A DNA stretch of 63,307 bases, the filler included. It is 9 parts of 9 records of this genome, joined end to end, with 100 filler letters (N's around TTAATTAATTAA, not from the genome) between each part and the next. Parts side by side here need not be neighbours in the genome. Positions count along the whole stretch, not along the records: positions 18,450 to 34,790 come from SRR20825010_7115; 8 more parts are not named here. One strand, written 5' to 3'. A program made the position numbers and the translations under genes. The stretch's first letter is position 1. Every line of letters starts with the position of its first letter. The notes under the pieces were generated by a model that did no database searches, had not been told where the DNA came from, and saw only the letters and a list, made by a program, of their open reading frames with translations. Below are positions 21,550-32,415 of this stretch, one piece after another.

Positions 21550-22401
21550 ATGCAAGAACTTGGAACGAGCGGTGCCGCTGCACGCGCGCGCGCTGTGTAT
21601 GACTATGGTGAAACGGCTATCTTCGCCTCCAAAGCCGATCCCCGTTTTCATATGCTGCTTTATGTTCCTCCTGCTGCTGCCGATGGTCGTAAAGTTGACC
21701 TTCTGGTAGCCGTTCATGGCACAGGTCGCACGTCAGCCATTGAATTCCGGGACGGATTTGCCGAATTCGGCCTGTATCATGATTGCGCCATTCTGTGCCC
21801 GATATTTCCGATGAATGTTCGTGGCGATGGTGCACGATCAGGTTACAAATACATGATCGAAGGCGATATCCGTTATGACGAGATCGTTCTCTCGATGGTC
21901 GCGGAAATGGCTGAGAAGTACCAACAGGACTGGTCGCGTTTCGCCATGTTTGGCTTCTCCGGTGGCGGTCATTTCACTCATCGCTTCGCCATCTTGCGCC
22001 CCGAAAACCTTTGGGCAGCCTGTATCGGTGCCCCCGGTTCCGTCACGCTGCTTGATCCTGATCGCGACTGGTGGGTTGGCGTGCGAGACCTTCAGGAAAA
22101 ATTCGGTCGACCGTTTGACGCCGAAGCACTTGCACGCGTACCGGTGCAAATGGTTGTCGGCAGTGTCGATCTTGAAAACTGGGAAATCATGCACGAGCCA
22201 GGATCGAAATACTGGATGGAAGGCGCAAACGATGCCGGAAACACCCGTCCGGAACGCCTTCGCAGCCTGAAGGCTTCGTTTGAGAGCGCCGGGGTTAATG
22301 TAACGTTTGAAGAAGTTCCCGGCGTTGCTCATGACCGATTAAAAGTACTGGGCCATGTGAAGGCCTTTCTTGCCGAACGCCTGAAGGAGATGCGTGCATG
22401 A
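21550..22401 (+). CDS. Alpha/beta serine hydrolase resembling poly(aspartate) hydrolase PahZ1
   Basis: VHGTGR oxyanion region, GFSGGGHFTHRF nucleophile elbow, C-terminal GVAH. Confidence 0.7.
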   Translation: MQELGTSGAAARARAVYDYGETAIFASKADPRFHMLLYVPPAAADGRKVDLLVAVHGTGRTSAIEFRDGFAEFGLYHDCAILCPIFPMNVRGDGARSGYKYMIEGDIRYDEIVLSMVAEMAEKYQQDWSRFAMFGFSGGGHFTHRFAILRPENLWAACIGAPGSVTLLDPDRDWWVGVRDLQEKFGRPFDAEALARVPVQMVVGSVDLENWEIMHEPGSKYWMEGANDAGNTRPERLRSLKASFESAGVNVTFEEVPGVAHDRLKVLGHVKAFLAERLKEMRA

Positions 22402-24026
22402 GCCGCAATGCCACAATTGTCGCGCCACAACCCGAAGCCGTAGAAGCCGGAGCAGAAGTTCTCGAACGCGGCGGGAACGCGATTGATGCTGCCCTTGCCT
22501 GTGCTTTCGTTCAGGGTGTCGTCGACCCACAGATGTCAGGGATTGGTGGCTTTGGTTCCATGCAGGTTTACATGCCCAAACGTGGCATTCATGAAATGCT
22601 GGAATTCTATGCCCTTGCCCCCGCAGCATCCACACCGGATATGTGGCTGAACAAGCTGCTGGGCCAAAGCCGCGACGGGTTCGGGTTCATACTCGAGGAC
22701 AATATTTCTGAAATTGGATACCTTGCCTGTTGTACACCCGGATCTCTCAAAGGCTATGAAACAGCATTGCGTGATTACGGCACATGGGAGTGGGGCGATC
22801 TCATCAAGCCTGCAATCCGCCATGCAGAAGAAGGCTTTATGATCCGCCCTCACATGCACTGGTACTGGACCAAGGATCAAACCAGTGACGGGCAGGTCAA
22901 CACACTCGACAAGCTTCGCTTTTCCGAAACAGGCAGGCGCATCTATTTCCACAATGATGGTAGTGTACGCGGTGTAGGAGACATTCTGCGCAACCCGGAT
23001 CTTGGGCAGACATTGCGCAGAATTGCCGAAAACGGCAACTCGGACATTTTCTATCATGGTGAAATCGCAGAACAGATTGCATCGGATTTCGCCCGAAATG
23101 GCGGACTGATAGGTCTGGATGATCTCGCACAATATTCCGTCTCAAAAGCAGCCCCCGTATGGGGCAGCTATCGCGGCCACAGGATTGCATCAAGCCCTCC
23201 CCCCGGATCCGGTTTTCCGATGATCGAGTTGCTCCATATTATGGAGAACTTCGACGTTGGCGCCATGACGCACGGTTCGACAGAGCATATCCGCACGCTC
23301 TTCGAGGCGATGAAGCGAATGACAATCGACAAGGACATGCATATGGGCGATCCCGAATATGTTCATGTTCCCGTCAAACAGCTTCTGTCAAAGGAGCATA
23401 CGGCAAAACTGGCGGAATCCATTCGCCGCGGCGAACGGGCCAATGTCGAGCGTCTGGACCTGTCGCAGCGTGACACAACCCACATCTCCGTTATCGACGC
23501 GGAAGGCAACGCCGTTGCCATGACCCATTCCCTTGGCAGTCCTTCCGGTGCAATCACGGATGGGCTGGGTTTCATGTATAATGGATTGATGGGGCGCTTT
23601 GACCCGCGCCCGGGCCGGGCAGCTTCGATTGCACCGCGCAAACGTCGCGCAAGTTCCGCAGCACCAACAATTGTCTTTGATGGCGAAAGCCCGTCGATTG
23701 TAATTGGCGCCCCTGGCGGCAGTTATATCGCCCCAAGCGTAGCCCAAGGCATCATGAACATGATCGATTTCAAAATGGATATTCATGAAGCCGTCTCGGC
23801 TCCCCGTATCGTCGGTGTCTCCAATTCGATAGACATATCCAATAGAACTCGACATTCGGTCGCAACCGACCTGCGCAATGACGGCTATACCGTTGTACGT
23901 TCTCCACAGGCTTATGCTTTTGCAGCATTACACGGCATTCAGGTGAAGGATGGGCAATCGGCTGGTGCAGCAGATCCGCAGCGTGATGGAATGGCGATCA
24001 GCATTAAAGCCCCAAAAAGGAGCTAG
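22398..24026 (+). CDS. ggt: Gamma-glutamyltransferase family Ntn hydrolase (no signal peptide)
   Basis: GGNAIDAA, SGIGGFG, DTTHISVID autocleavage Thr, GAPGG, GAADPQRDG. Confidence 0.92.
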   Translation: MSRNATIVAPQPEAVEAGAEVLERGGNAIDAALACAFVQGVVDPQMSGIGGFGSMQVYMPKRGIHEMLEFYALAPAASTPDMWLNKLLGQSRDGFGFILEDNISEIGYLACCTPGSLKGYETALRDYGTWEWGDLIKPAIRHAEEGFMIRPHMHWYWTKDQTSDGQVNTLDKLRFSETGRRIYFHNDGSVRGVGDILRNPDLGQTLRRIAENGNSDIFYHGEIAEQIASDFARNGGLIGLDDLAQYSVSKAAPVWGSYRGHRIASSPPPGSGFPMIELLHIMENFDVGAMTHGSTEHIRTLFEAMKRMTIDKDMHMGDPEYVHVPVKQLLSKEHTAKLAESIRRGERANVERLDLSQRDTTHISVIDAEGNAVAMTHSLGSPSGAITDGLGFMYNGLMGRFDPRPGRAASIAPRKRRASSAAPTIVFDGESPSIVIGAPGGSYIAPSVAQGIMNMIDFKMDIHEAVSAPRIVGVSNSIDISNRTRHSVATDLRNDGYTVVRSPQAYAFAALHGIQVKDGQSAGAADPQRDGMAISIKAPKRS

Positions 24027-24029
24027 GAT

Positions 24030-25004
24030 ATGGTCACCTCCTTAATCCGGCGCATGATACAGGCAGCCTTTGTCATCTTCGCGATGACGCTTATTGTTTT
24101 TATTGGTGTCAACGTAATCGGCAATCCAGTCGACATCCTTATCAACCCGGATCTCAATCAGGCAGAAAGAGCACTGGTCATCAAGCATCTGGGTCTCGAC
24201 CAGCCTTTATGGAGCCAGTATCTGAGCTTCATAAAGGGGCTGATGCAGGGAGATTTTGGCGACAGCTTTGTCTACAAGCGCCCAGCGCTGGAGGTCATTC
24301 TTGAACGGCTACCCGCAACGCTTGAACTGGCACTTTGCGCAATGGTTATTGCCATTGTTGTGGGTCTACCTCTCGGACTTTATGCAGGGCTTTATCCGGA
24401 ACGGATTTCGTCGCGCCTTATCATGACGGGTTCAATTCTGGGCTTTTCGCTCCCGACATTCTGGGTCGGCCTGATGTTTATATTGCTATTTGCAGTTCAA
24501 CTCGGATGGCTGCCTTCAAATGGGCGCGGGGAAACCGCAATGCTGTTTGGCACGCCATGGTCATTCCTGACTTCCGACGGTATTTCGCACCTGCTTCTTC
24601 CGGCATTGAATCTGGCGCTATTCAAAACCTCCCTCATCCTTCGCCTGACACGTGCCGGCGTGCAGGAAGTCATCATGCAGGATTTTGTCAAATTCGCGCG
24701 CGCCAAGGGCCTGAGTGAATCCCGGATCATTCTTGTGCATATCCTCAAGAATCTAATGATCCCGGTCGTGACAATCATTGGCCTGGAATTCGGGTCATTA
24801 ATTGCATTCTCTGTCGTGACAGAAAGCATTTATGGCTGGCCGGGAATGGGCAAGCTCATCATAGACAGCATCAATCTTCTCGATCGCCCCGTGATCGTCG
24901 CTTACCTGATGATGATGGTGATCCTGTTTGTGACGCTGAACTTCATTATCGACATCTGCTATACGCTGCTGGACCCTCGCGTCCGGCTCGAAGGAAAAGG
25001 ATAA
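24030..25004 (+). CDS. ABC permease DppB-like
   Basis: RLPATLEL, FARAKGL EAA loop, LDPRV. Confidence 0.92.
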   Translation: MVTSLIRRMIQAAFVIFAMTLIVFIGVNVIGNPVDILINPDLNQAERALVIKHLGLDQPLWSQYLSFIKGLMQGDFGDSFVYKRPALEVILERLPATLELALCAMVIAIVVGLPLGLYAGLYPERISSRLIMTGSILGFSLPTFWVGLMFILLFAVQLGWLPSNGRGETAMLFGTPWSFLTSDGISHLLLPALNLALFKTSLILRLTRAGVQEVIMQDFVKFARAKGLSESRIILVHILKNLMIPVVTIIGLEFGSLIAFSVVTESIYGWPGMGKLIIDSINLLDRPVIVAYLMMMVILFVTLNFIIDICYTLLDPRVRLEGKG

Positions 25005-25007
25005 TCC

Positions 25008-25946
25008 GTGATGGATGCCAAACTTGCCGACACCACAGGCGTTGACAACCCGGCATTGCTCGCCGATGCACCACCTCCCAGAAAGATTGGCCCTGCCATC
25101 ATCCGCTTCCTTTCGTCTCCAACCGCATTAATCGGAACTATTGGCCTGCTTGTTGTCGTTTTCGTAGCGGTTTTTGCACCACTTTTATCCCCGCAAAACC
25201 CCTATGACCTTATGCAACTCGACATCCTTGACAGTCGTCTGGAACCGGGTTCCGAAAGTTTTGCCGGTGTACCTTATTACCTTGGCACAGACGGTCAGGG
25301 GCGCGACATCCTGTCGGGCATCATGTATGGCTTGCGCACGTCGCTTATTGTCGGAATTGCGTCCGCACTGGTCGCTGCAATTATCGGCACGACCGCTGGT
25401 TTGCTCGCCGCCTATTCTGGCGGACGCATAGAAACGCTGACGATGCGTCTGGTGGATTTGCAGCTATCATTTCCAACTATCCTGATGGCCCTGATGATCC
25501 TTGCCATCCTTGGGAACGGGGTAACCAACGTCGTCATTGCGATAATCATTGCCGAATGGGCAACTTACGCTCGCACGGCACGTGGCACAGCTCTGGTTGA
25601 GCGCGAAAAGGAATTCATCGAAGCCGCACGCTGCCTGAGGATTCCGGGCTACCGCATTTTGCTGCGTCACCTGCTGCCAAATTGTCTCGCGCCGATCATT
25701 GTGATTGCAACAATGCAGGTCGCACGCGCCATTGGTCTGGAAGCAACCCTTTCGTTCCTTGGACTTGGGGCATCCGTCACCCAACCCTCGCTCGGAATGC
25801 TGATCTCGAACGGCTATCAGTATCTTCTTTCCGGTCTGTACTGGATCAGCTTTTTCCCAGGTATTGCGCTGTTGATCACAATCGTTTCCATCAACCTTGT
25901 TGGTGACCGTCTTCGTGATGTTCTCAACCCGAGGAATGCCCGATGA
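25008..25946 (+). CDS. ABC permease DppC-like
   Basis: LGTDGQGRD, EFIEAAR, LSFLGLG, GDRLRD. Confidence 0.92.
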   Translation: MMDAKLADTTGVDNPALLADAPPPRKIGPAIIRFLSSPTALIGTIGLLVVVFVAVFAPLLSPQNPYDLMQLDILDSRLEPGSESFAGVPYYLGTDGQGRDILSGIMYGLRTSLIVGIASALVAAIIGTTAGLLAAYSGGRIETLTMRLVDLQLSFPTILMALMILAILGNGVTNVVIAIIIAEWATYARTARGTALVEREKEFIEAARCLRIPGYRILLRHLLPNCLAPIIVIATMQVARAIGLEATLSFLGLGASVTQPSLGMLISNGYQYLLSGLYWISFFPGIALLITIVSINLVGDRLRDVLNPRNAR

Positions 25947-26917
25947 AACCATTACTTGATGTTCGCGGTCTGGTCACCGAGTTTCCCATTGGTGGAAATC
26001 AGGGTCTGCGCGCAGTTGACGAAGTCTCTTTTAAGCTAAACCGCGGAGAAGTCCTTGGATTGGTGGGCGAAAGCGGCTCCGGGAAAAGCGTTACAGGTTT
26101 TTCAATCATGGGGCTGGTAGACAAGCCCGGCAAGGTAAGCTCAGGTCAGATTCTTTTTGACGGCGAAGACTTGGCCACACAATCCTATGAACAGATGCGC
26201 AGCCTGCGGGGACGCAGAATTGCCATGGTGTTTCAGGATCCGATGATGACGCTCAATCCGGTACTTCGGATTGGCACTCAAATGACCGAAGCGATCCATG
26301 CGCACGAGAAAGTCTCTCCATCGCAGGCCCGGATACGCGCCCGTGATGCGTTGGGGATGGTGGGCATTCCTAGCCCGGAAGAACGTCTGGATGCCTACCC
26401 GCACGAATTTTCGGGTGGGATGCGACAACGCGTCGCCATTGCAATTGCCCTTTTGCATCGCCCGGATCTGATCATTGCCGACGAACCAACAACGGCACTT
26501 GACGTAACGATTCAGGCCCAGATCATTTCCGAGTTTCAGAAACTGACAGAAGAACAGGGAACTGCAGTCATCTGGATCACCCATGACCTGGCTATCGTAT
26601 CGGGTCTGGCTGACCGGATTGCCGTCATGTATGGCGGCCGGATTGTCGAATCTGGTGACATCACCACAGTCCTTGAAGCCCCGCATCACCCATATACCCG
26701 CGGCTTGATACGTTCAGTACCATCCGAAAACAGCCGAGGCACTCGCCTTGCGCAGATTCCCGGCGTCACTCCAAGCCTCGCACGCATGCCCGAAGGATGC
26801 ACATTCCGCACCCGTTGCGAACGTGCAACCGACGCCTGCCGGGTCCGTCCGGGACAATTCGGAAACGAGCTGGACTATCATCGCTGCTTCCATCCGTTCG
26901 AGGAGAAACTCGCATGA
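25943..26917 (+). CDS. ABC ATPase DppD-like
   Basis: [29 protein letters not shown]. Confidence 0.93.
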   Translation: MKPLLDVRGLVTEFPIGGNQGLRAVDEVSFKLNRGEVLGLVGESGSGKSVTGFSIMGLVDKPGKVSSGQILFDGEDLATQSYEQMRSLRGRRIAMVFQDPMMTLNPVLRIGTQMTEAIHAHEKVSPSQARIRARDALGMVGIPSPEERLDAYPHEFSGGMRQRVAIAIALLHRPDLIIADEPTTALDVTIQAQIISEFQKLTEEQGTAVIWITHDLAIVSGLADRIAVMYGGRIVESGDITTVLEAPHHPYTRGLIRSVPSENSRGTRLAQIPGVTPSLARMPEGCTFRTRCERATDACRVRPGQFGNELDYHRCFHPFEEKLA

Positions 26918-27936
26918 GCCTCCCTAATACCCCTCAAAACGAGTCCCCCCTTCTCGAAATCCGCAAGGTTTCGCGCCATTTCGGTTCAAAACCGGATATC
27001 GCCACAAGAATATCGATTGCTCTGGGGGCGGCAAAACCGCCACCCGTAGTTCACGCTCTTGACGCAGTCGATTTGGTCATTCGCCGTGGCGAGGTTCTGG
27101 GTCTGGTTGGTGAAAGCGGCTGCGGAAAATCCACGCTCGGACGGATTGCTGCCAACATTCTTCAACCGTCATCAGGATCCGTATTTTGGAAAGGGACCGA
27201 CCGATCAAAGTTAAATGGTCGTGCATTGCGTGACGCGGATCTGGCGGCACAAATGATTTTCCAAAACCCGATGGCCGCGCTTAACCCGCGCATGAATATA
27301 GAAACGCTGGTATCAGAAGCGCCAGCCATTCATGGCATGATCAAAGGCAGCCGGGCCGCCTATGTTGACGAATACCTGCAAAAAGCAGGCTTCGATCCGG
27401 ACATGAAACGACGCCTGCCTCACCAGTTTTCCGGCGGACAGCGCGCCAGGGTCAACATTGCCCGCGCACTTGCCGTACGCCCCGACTTTCTTGTATGCGA
27501 CGAAAGCGTGGCGGCACTCGACGTATCCATTCAGGCGCAAATTCTAAACCTGTTTATGGATCTTCGGGAACAGCTTGATTTGACATATCTGTTTGTCAGC
27601 CATGACCTTGGTGTTGTCGAACATATTTCGGATCGGGTCGCCATCATGTATCTCGGGCGTGTGGTTGAAGAAGCCCCGGTTGAAGAGGTTTTCGCAAAAC
27701 CAAATCATCCTTATACACAGGCACTTCTGGCTGAAGTCCCACGTATCAGACCCGGAAAACGGAAATTCGAGGCAATCAAGGGCGAATTGCCAAGTCCGAT
27801 CAATCCTCCACCGGGATGTCATTTTCATCCGCGCTGTCCCTTCGCAACGGAACGTTGCCGTACCGAGATCCCAAAACGAAAGGAAATTGCACCGCATCAC
27901 TATTCCGCCTGTCATTTGAACGACGAGGCAGCATGA
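26914..27936 (+). CDS. ABC ATPase DppF-like
   Basis: GESGCGKS, FSGGQRAR, GCHFHPRC; ATG overlaps previous stop. Confidence 0.93.
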   Translation: MSLPNTPQNESPLLEIRKVSRHFGSKPDIATRISIALGAAKPPPVVHALDAVDLVIRRGEVLGLVGESGCGKSTLGRIAANILQPSSGSVFWKGTDRSKLNGRALRDADLAAQMIFQNPMAALNPRMNIETLVSEAPAIHGMIKGSRAAYVDEYLQKAGFDPDMKRRLPHQFSGGQRARVNIARALAVRPDFLVCDESVAALDVSIQAQILNLFMDLREQLDLTYLFVSHDLGVVEHISDRVAIMYLGRVVEEAPVEEVFAKPNHPYTQALLAEVPRIRPGKRKFEAIKGELPSPINPPPGCHFHPRCPFATERCRTEIPKRKEIAPHHYSACHLNDEAA

Positions 27937-28979
27937 GCCCGAAAACCCTATGGCAAAGCAACAGCACGTTCGCATTTGCCCTTATAATCGGGACCATAGG
28001 AGGCGGCCTTTTCACCTGGCTTGGACTACCGCTGTCATGGATGCTTGGCTCCATGACAGCGTGTGGACTTGCGGCAATATTGCGATTACCGATCGCGGGA
28101 TCCCGACGTGCAAGGCCCCCAATGTCTGCAATCATTGGCGCCATGCTGGGTACCCAGTTTGGACCGGATGCCGTGGCGGGAATTGTGCATTGGTGGCCGG
28201 CATTGATCGGTCTGGCCATCTATCTACTGATCGCGGCGACACTTTGCTATTTTTACCTTGTGCGGATCGTAAAGCTTGACCCGGTAACAGGGTACTTTTC
28301 CGCCATGCCTGGCGGATTGATTGATATGGTCTTGCTTGGTGCCGAACGTGGTGGGAATGAACGCACCATTGCATTGATGCATTCCTCAAGGATTTTTCTG
28401 GTCGTTTTCAGCCTGCCGCCTCTTCTCTCACTTGTAACCGGCATTGACGCTGGTACACGAGCTGCAGCATATCGTCCGCTTGATGGTCTTGTCGCAATAG
28501 ATGCAGCATGGTTTGTTTTTGCCATAGCCGCAGGGGCACTTCTCGGCCGACTGATACGTCTGCCCGCCCCTTATCTTATCGGCCCGATGCTTGCGAGCGC
28601 CATCCTCCATTGGATGAATATAACAGCATTCATCGTTCCCTCGGCGGTGATTGCGATCGCCCAGATCGTGCTTGGAACAACTGTTGGCTGCCGCTTTGTC
28701 GGGACCGCACCACGCTATATTCTACGCATATTGCTGACCTCGGCCGGCTCGACACTAATTTTACTGGTAGTGGCACTTTGCATGGCTTTTGCCCTGCAAT
28801 ATGTCCTGGACATACCAATAGAAGGAATCTTCCTGGCCTTCTCCCCAGGCGGTCTGGCCGAAATGAGCCTGGTTGCTTTGGCGCTCAATCTGGAAGTTTC
28901 ATTTGTCACACTGTGTCACATCAGCCGCATCGCAATGGTTGTTATGGGTGCATCGTTGGTTTCACGACTTAGACAGTGA
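27933..28979 (+). CDS. AbrB-family duplicated membrane protein
   Basis: Two repeats with PGGL motifs (SAMPGGLIDM, FSPGGLAEM); very hydrophobic. Confidence 0.85.
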   Translation: MSPKTLWQSNSTFAFALIIGTIGGGLFTWLGLPLSWMLGSMTACGLAAILRLPIAGSRRARPPMSAIIGAMLGTQFGPDAVAGIVHWWPALIGLAIYLLIAATLCYFYLVRIVKLDPVTGYFSAMPGGLIDMVLLGAERGGNERTIALMHSSRIFLVVFSLPPLLSLVTGIDAGTRAAAYRPLDGLVAIDAAWFVFAIAAGALLGRLIRLPAPYLIGPMLASAILHWMNITAFIVPSAVIAIAQIVLGTTVGCRFVGTAPRYILRILLTSAGSTLILLVVALCMAFALQYVLDIPIEGIFLAFSPGGLAEMSLVALALNLEVSFVTLCHISRIAMVVMGASLVSRLRQ

Positions 28980-29065
28980 AATAAAGCAAATTTGTTTGCA
29001 CTCAGGGATAAGGCACCTTTGCCAGTTTGCACCAACGGTGTCCAATCCGCCTTAAGAGTGGAAAT

Positions 29066-30244
29066 CTAAACAGCGACTTCCCTCATAACTTTGATTAACG
29101 CCGATTTTGCTTCGAAACCAACGCCGGGAATTTCGGGCAATCCGACATACCCATCTTCGACCGCAATACCATCGGCAAAGCCGCCGAAAGGCTGGAATAC
29201 ATCGGGATAGCTTTCATTCCCGCCCAAATGCAGCCCTGCTGCAATATTCAATGACATCTGATGCCCGCCATGCGGCACCACCCGGCGCGAAGACCATCCA
29301 AGGCCTTTCATGACATCAAGTGTCCGCAAATATTCAACAAGCCCGTATGAAAGCGCACAATCAAACTGTACCCAATCACGATCTGGGCGCATGCCGCCAT
29401 GGCGGAGCAAATTACGCGCATCCTGATGTGAGAACAGGTTTTCGCCGGTCGCCATCGCACCGTCGTAATAATTGGCCAACTCGGCCTGCAGCGCGTAATC
29501 CAGTGGATCTCCTGCTTCTTCATACCAGAACAAACCATAAGGTTTCAGCGCCTTTGCATAGGTCACTGCAGTTTCCAGATCGAACCGGCCATTGGCATCG
29601 ACAGCCAGATATTGCCCATCCCCGACAATGTCGAGAACGGCATCAATACGGCGCAGGTCTTCATCAAGGGATGTCGCACCAATCTTCATTTTCACGACCT
29701 TGTAACCGCGATCAAGATAGCTTCGCATTTCATCCTGAAGCTGTTTGTGATCCTTACCCGGATAGTAGTAACCACCTGCGGCATAAACCCAGACCTTCTT
29801 GTCTGCAACACCACCGCGATAGCGATCCGCCAGCAGTTTCCAAAGTGGCACACCGGCAATCTTCGCCACCGCATCCCAAACCGCCATGTCGATGGTACCC
29901 ACCGCAACCGAACGTTCACCATGTCCCCCCGGTTTTTCGTTGGTCATTAGCGTTTTCCATATCGCAAACGGATCAAGATTGTCATTTTCCCGGTCGATCA
30001 GGCTTTCGGGATCGGCTTCGAGCACACGGTTGATAAAACGATCCCGCATTAACGCGCCCTGTCCGTAACGGCCGTTGGAATTAAATCCGTAACCAATCAC
30101 CGGTTTCCCATCGCGAATAACATCCGTCACCACCGCAACAACCGAGCAGGTCATTTTAGAGAAATCAATATAGGCATTTGCAATTGGCGAAGCGATTGAG
30201 GCCGTCTTTTCACAGATATCAACAATGCGCATGACGGTTTTCAT
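29066..30244 (-). CDS. tarD: D-tartrate dehydratase (mandelate racemase/enolase superfamily)
   Basis: NAYIDFSKMT, GFNSNGRYGQG, NEKPGGHGERS, KMK, PHGGH closely match the characterised Bradyrhizobium TarD as I recall it. Confidence 0.85.
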   Translation of the reverse strand: MKTVMRIVDICEKTASIASPIANAYIDFSKMTCSVVAVVTDVIRDGKPVIGYGFNSNGRYGQGALMRDRFINRVLEADPESLIDRENDNLDPFAIWKTLMTNEKPGGHGERSVAVGTIDMAVWDAVAKIAGVPLWKLLADRYRGGVADKKVWVYAAGGYYYPGKDHKQLQDEMRSYLDRGYKVVKMKIGATSLDEDLRRIDAVLDIVGDGQYLAVDANGRFDLETAVTYAKALKPYGLFWYEEAGDPLDYALQAELANYYDGAMATGENLFSHQDARNLLRHGGMRPDRDWVQFDCALSYGLVEYLRTLDVMKGLGWSSRRVVPHGGHQMSLNIAAGLHLGGNESYPDVFQPFGGFADGIAVEDGYVGLPEIPGVGFEAKSALIKVMREVAV

Positions 30245-30348
30245 CCCTGTATCTTGAGTTTTGTTTGAATACCGTCATGTTACGGCTTGTCATCCGAATA
30301 CGGCCAATGCCAATCTGGCCTTTGGCTATACCGAAACGGCATTACAAA

Positions 30349-31263
30349 ATGGAACTTCGCTGGCTAGAGGATTATCTGGTGCTGGCCGAAACACTGAACT
30401 TTTCGCGGGCATCAGAAATCCGTCACATCACACAACCCGCCTTCAGCCGCCGCATACGGGCACTTGAGGATTGGGTTGGCACGCCGCTCTTTTCAAGAAC
30501 CACCCACGTTGTTGCCTTAACTCCGGCAGGCGAACATTTTCGCATTCATGCCGAAGCATTGGCACGGCAATCCCATCAATTGCGTCGCGACACGCATGAA
30601 ATCGGCCAAAGCACAAAATCAGGACTGACTTTTGCCGCTACCCACGCGTTGTCCTTTACCTTCTTTCCCGGCTGGGTCAGAAGGTTTGACGATATGCTGA
30701 CAATGGGAACATTCAATCTTGTGTCGGATAGCCTGGAACGTTGCGAGCAATTCATGCTGCGCGGCGATGCACAATTTCTGCTGTGTCATTATCATCCCGC
30801 CATGGGAAGCGCGCTCGATGACAACGGCTTTGCCCGCATCAAGGTCGGGCAGGATATCCTGATCCCGATGTCCGCCCCTGCCCCGGACGGCACAGCCAAA
30901 TGGCACCCCGGTCTCGGCACCAACATTCCCTGGCTGGCATACAGCACACAATCCGGACTTGGCCGCATAGTTACCGCCGAAGAAGCCCCAAAACATGCAA
31001 AGCTCGCCTCAAAGGCCGGGTTTACATCGCATCTGGCTGCAACCCTGTTATCGATGGTCAAAGCAGGCACAGGGATCGCGTGGCTGCCCCGAACACTTGC
31101 CGCATCGGAACTGGAGGAAGGCAGTCTTGTTCCATTTGGCGGACCGGAATTGCAAATCCCTGTTGATATTTGCCTTTTCCGTCCGAAAGCACGGCAAAAG
31201 CACCTGGTCGAAAAATTCTGGGAAAATGTCTCGGAAAACGAACTGAATGCGTCAAAGAAATGA
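30349..31263 (+). CDS. LysR family regulator
   Basis: MELRWLEDY...NFSRAS...TQPAFSRRIRALE; divergent from tarD. Confidence 0.93.
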   Translation: MELRWLEDYLVLAETLNFSRASEIRHITQPAFSRRIRALEDWVGTPLFSRTTHVVALTPAGEHFRIHAEALARQSHQLRRDTHEIGQSTKSGLTFAATHALSFTFFPGWVRRFDDMLTMGTFNLVSDSLERCEQFMLRGDAQFLLCHYHPAMGSALDDNGFARIKVGQDILIPMSAPAPDGTAKWHPGLGTNIPWLAYSTQSGLGRIVTAEEAPKHAKLASKAGFTSHLAATLLSMVKAGTGIAWLPRTLAASELEEGSLVPFGGPELQIPVDICLFRPKARQKHLVEKFWENVSENELNASKK

Positions 31264-31314
31264 CCTGCCTGCACCCCCAGGCACAAGCAGGTCATTGGAC
31301 CGGCGGCACACGAA

Positions 31315-32394
31315 TTACAGTGTCAGGACAGCATCCGCAATCGCCTTGCCACAGGAAACAGTATCGGCCTTGCCCTTAAGGTCGCCGGTCCGCAGATTTT
31401 CATCAACCAGCACCGCTTCAATAGCCCTCATAATCCCGTCATGGGCATCCTTGTGACCAAGATGGTCAAGCATCATCGCACCGGCCCAGATTGCGCCGAT
31501 AGGATTGGCAATCCCCTTGCCCGCGATATCAGGGGCAGAACCATGGACCGGTTCGAACAGCGACGGGAATTTACGTTCCGGGTTGATATTGCCTGATGGT
31601 GCGATACCGATGGTCCCGGTACAGGCAGGCCCCAAATCCGACAGGATATCCCCAAACAGATTGGACGCTACCACCACGTCAAAACGATCCGGATTCAGGA
31701 CGAAATGTGCCGTCAGGATATCGATATGGTATTTGTCCCAACTGATATCAGGATAGTTTTTTGCCATTTCGACAACCCGTTCATCCCAATAGGGCATGGT
31801 AATTGAAATACCGTTCGATTTGGTCGCCGATGTCAGTCGTTTGCGCGGACGTTTCTGCGCCAGATCAAAAGCATATTTCAGGATACGATCAACCCCGGTG
31901 CGCGACATGACCGTTTCCTGCACGACAATTTCCCGATCCGTGTCGGGGTACATTTTTCCCCCGATCGAGGAATACTCGCCTTCGGTGTTTTCACGCACGA
32001 CATAGAAATCGATATCTCCAGGCTTTCGCCCGGCCAGCGGCGAGGGAACACCGGGCATCAGTCGCGCCGGGCGCAAACTGACATATTGATCGAAATCACG
32101 GCGAAACTGGATCAACGAGCCCCAAAGCGAAATATGGTCGGGCACGGTATCGGGCCAGCCAACAGCTCCAAAAAAGATCGCGTCATGAGTGCCAACCTGC
32201 TCTTTCCAATTGTCTGGCATCATCTGGCCATGCTTGAGGTAATACTCGCAGGATGAAAAATCGAAATGATCGAAATGCAGATCAATCCCGAATTTTTTGC
32301 TCGCGGCTTCGAGGACGCGCACTCCTTCAGGCATGACTTCGGTCCCGATACCATCGCCCGGAATGACTGCAATTTTGTGTGTTTTATTCGACAT
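31315..32394 (-). CDS. ttuC: Tartrate dehydrogenase/decarboxylase (copy 1)
   Basis: IPGDGIG, PDHISLWG, RENTEGEY, TKSNG, NLFGDILSD, EPVHGSAPDI. Confidence 0.9.
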   Translation of the reverse strand: MSNKTHKIAVIPGDGIGTEVMPEGVRVLEAASKKFGIDLHFDHFDFSSCEYYLKHGQMMPDNWKEQVGTHDAIFFGAVGWPDTVPDHISLWGSLIQFRRDFDQYVSLRPARLMPGVPSPLAGRKPGDIDFYVVRENTEGEYSSIGGKMYPDTDREIVVQETVMSRTGVDRILKYAFDLAQKRPRKRLTSATKSNGISITMPYWDERVVEMAKNYPDISWDKYHIDILTAHFVLNPDRFDVVVASNLFGDILSDLGPACTGTIGIAPSGNINPERKFPSLFEPVHGSAPDIAGKGIANPIGAIWAGAMMLDHLGHKDAHDGIMRAIEAVLVDENLRTGDLKGKADTVSCGKAIADAVLTL

Positions 32395-32415
32395 AAGCAT
32401 TTCCTTGATCATCGT

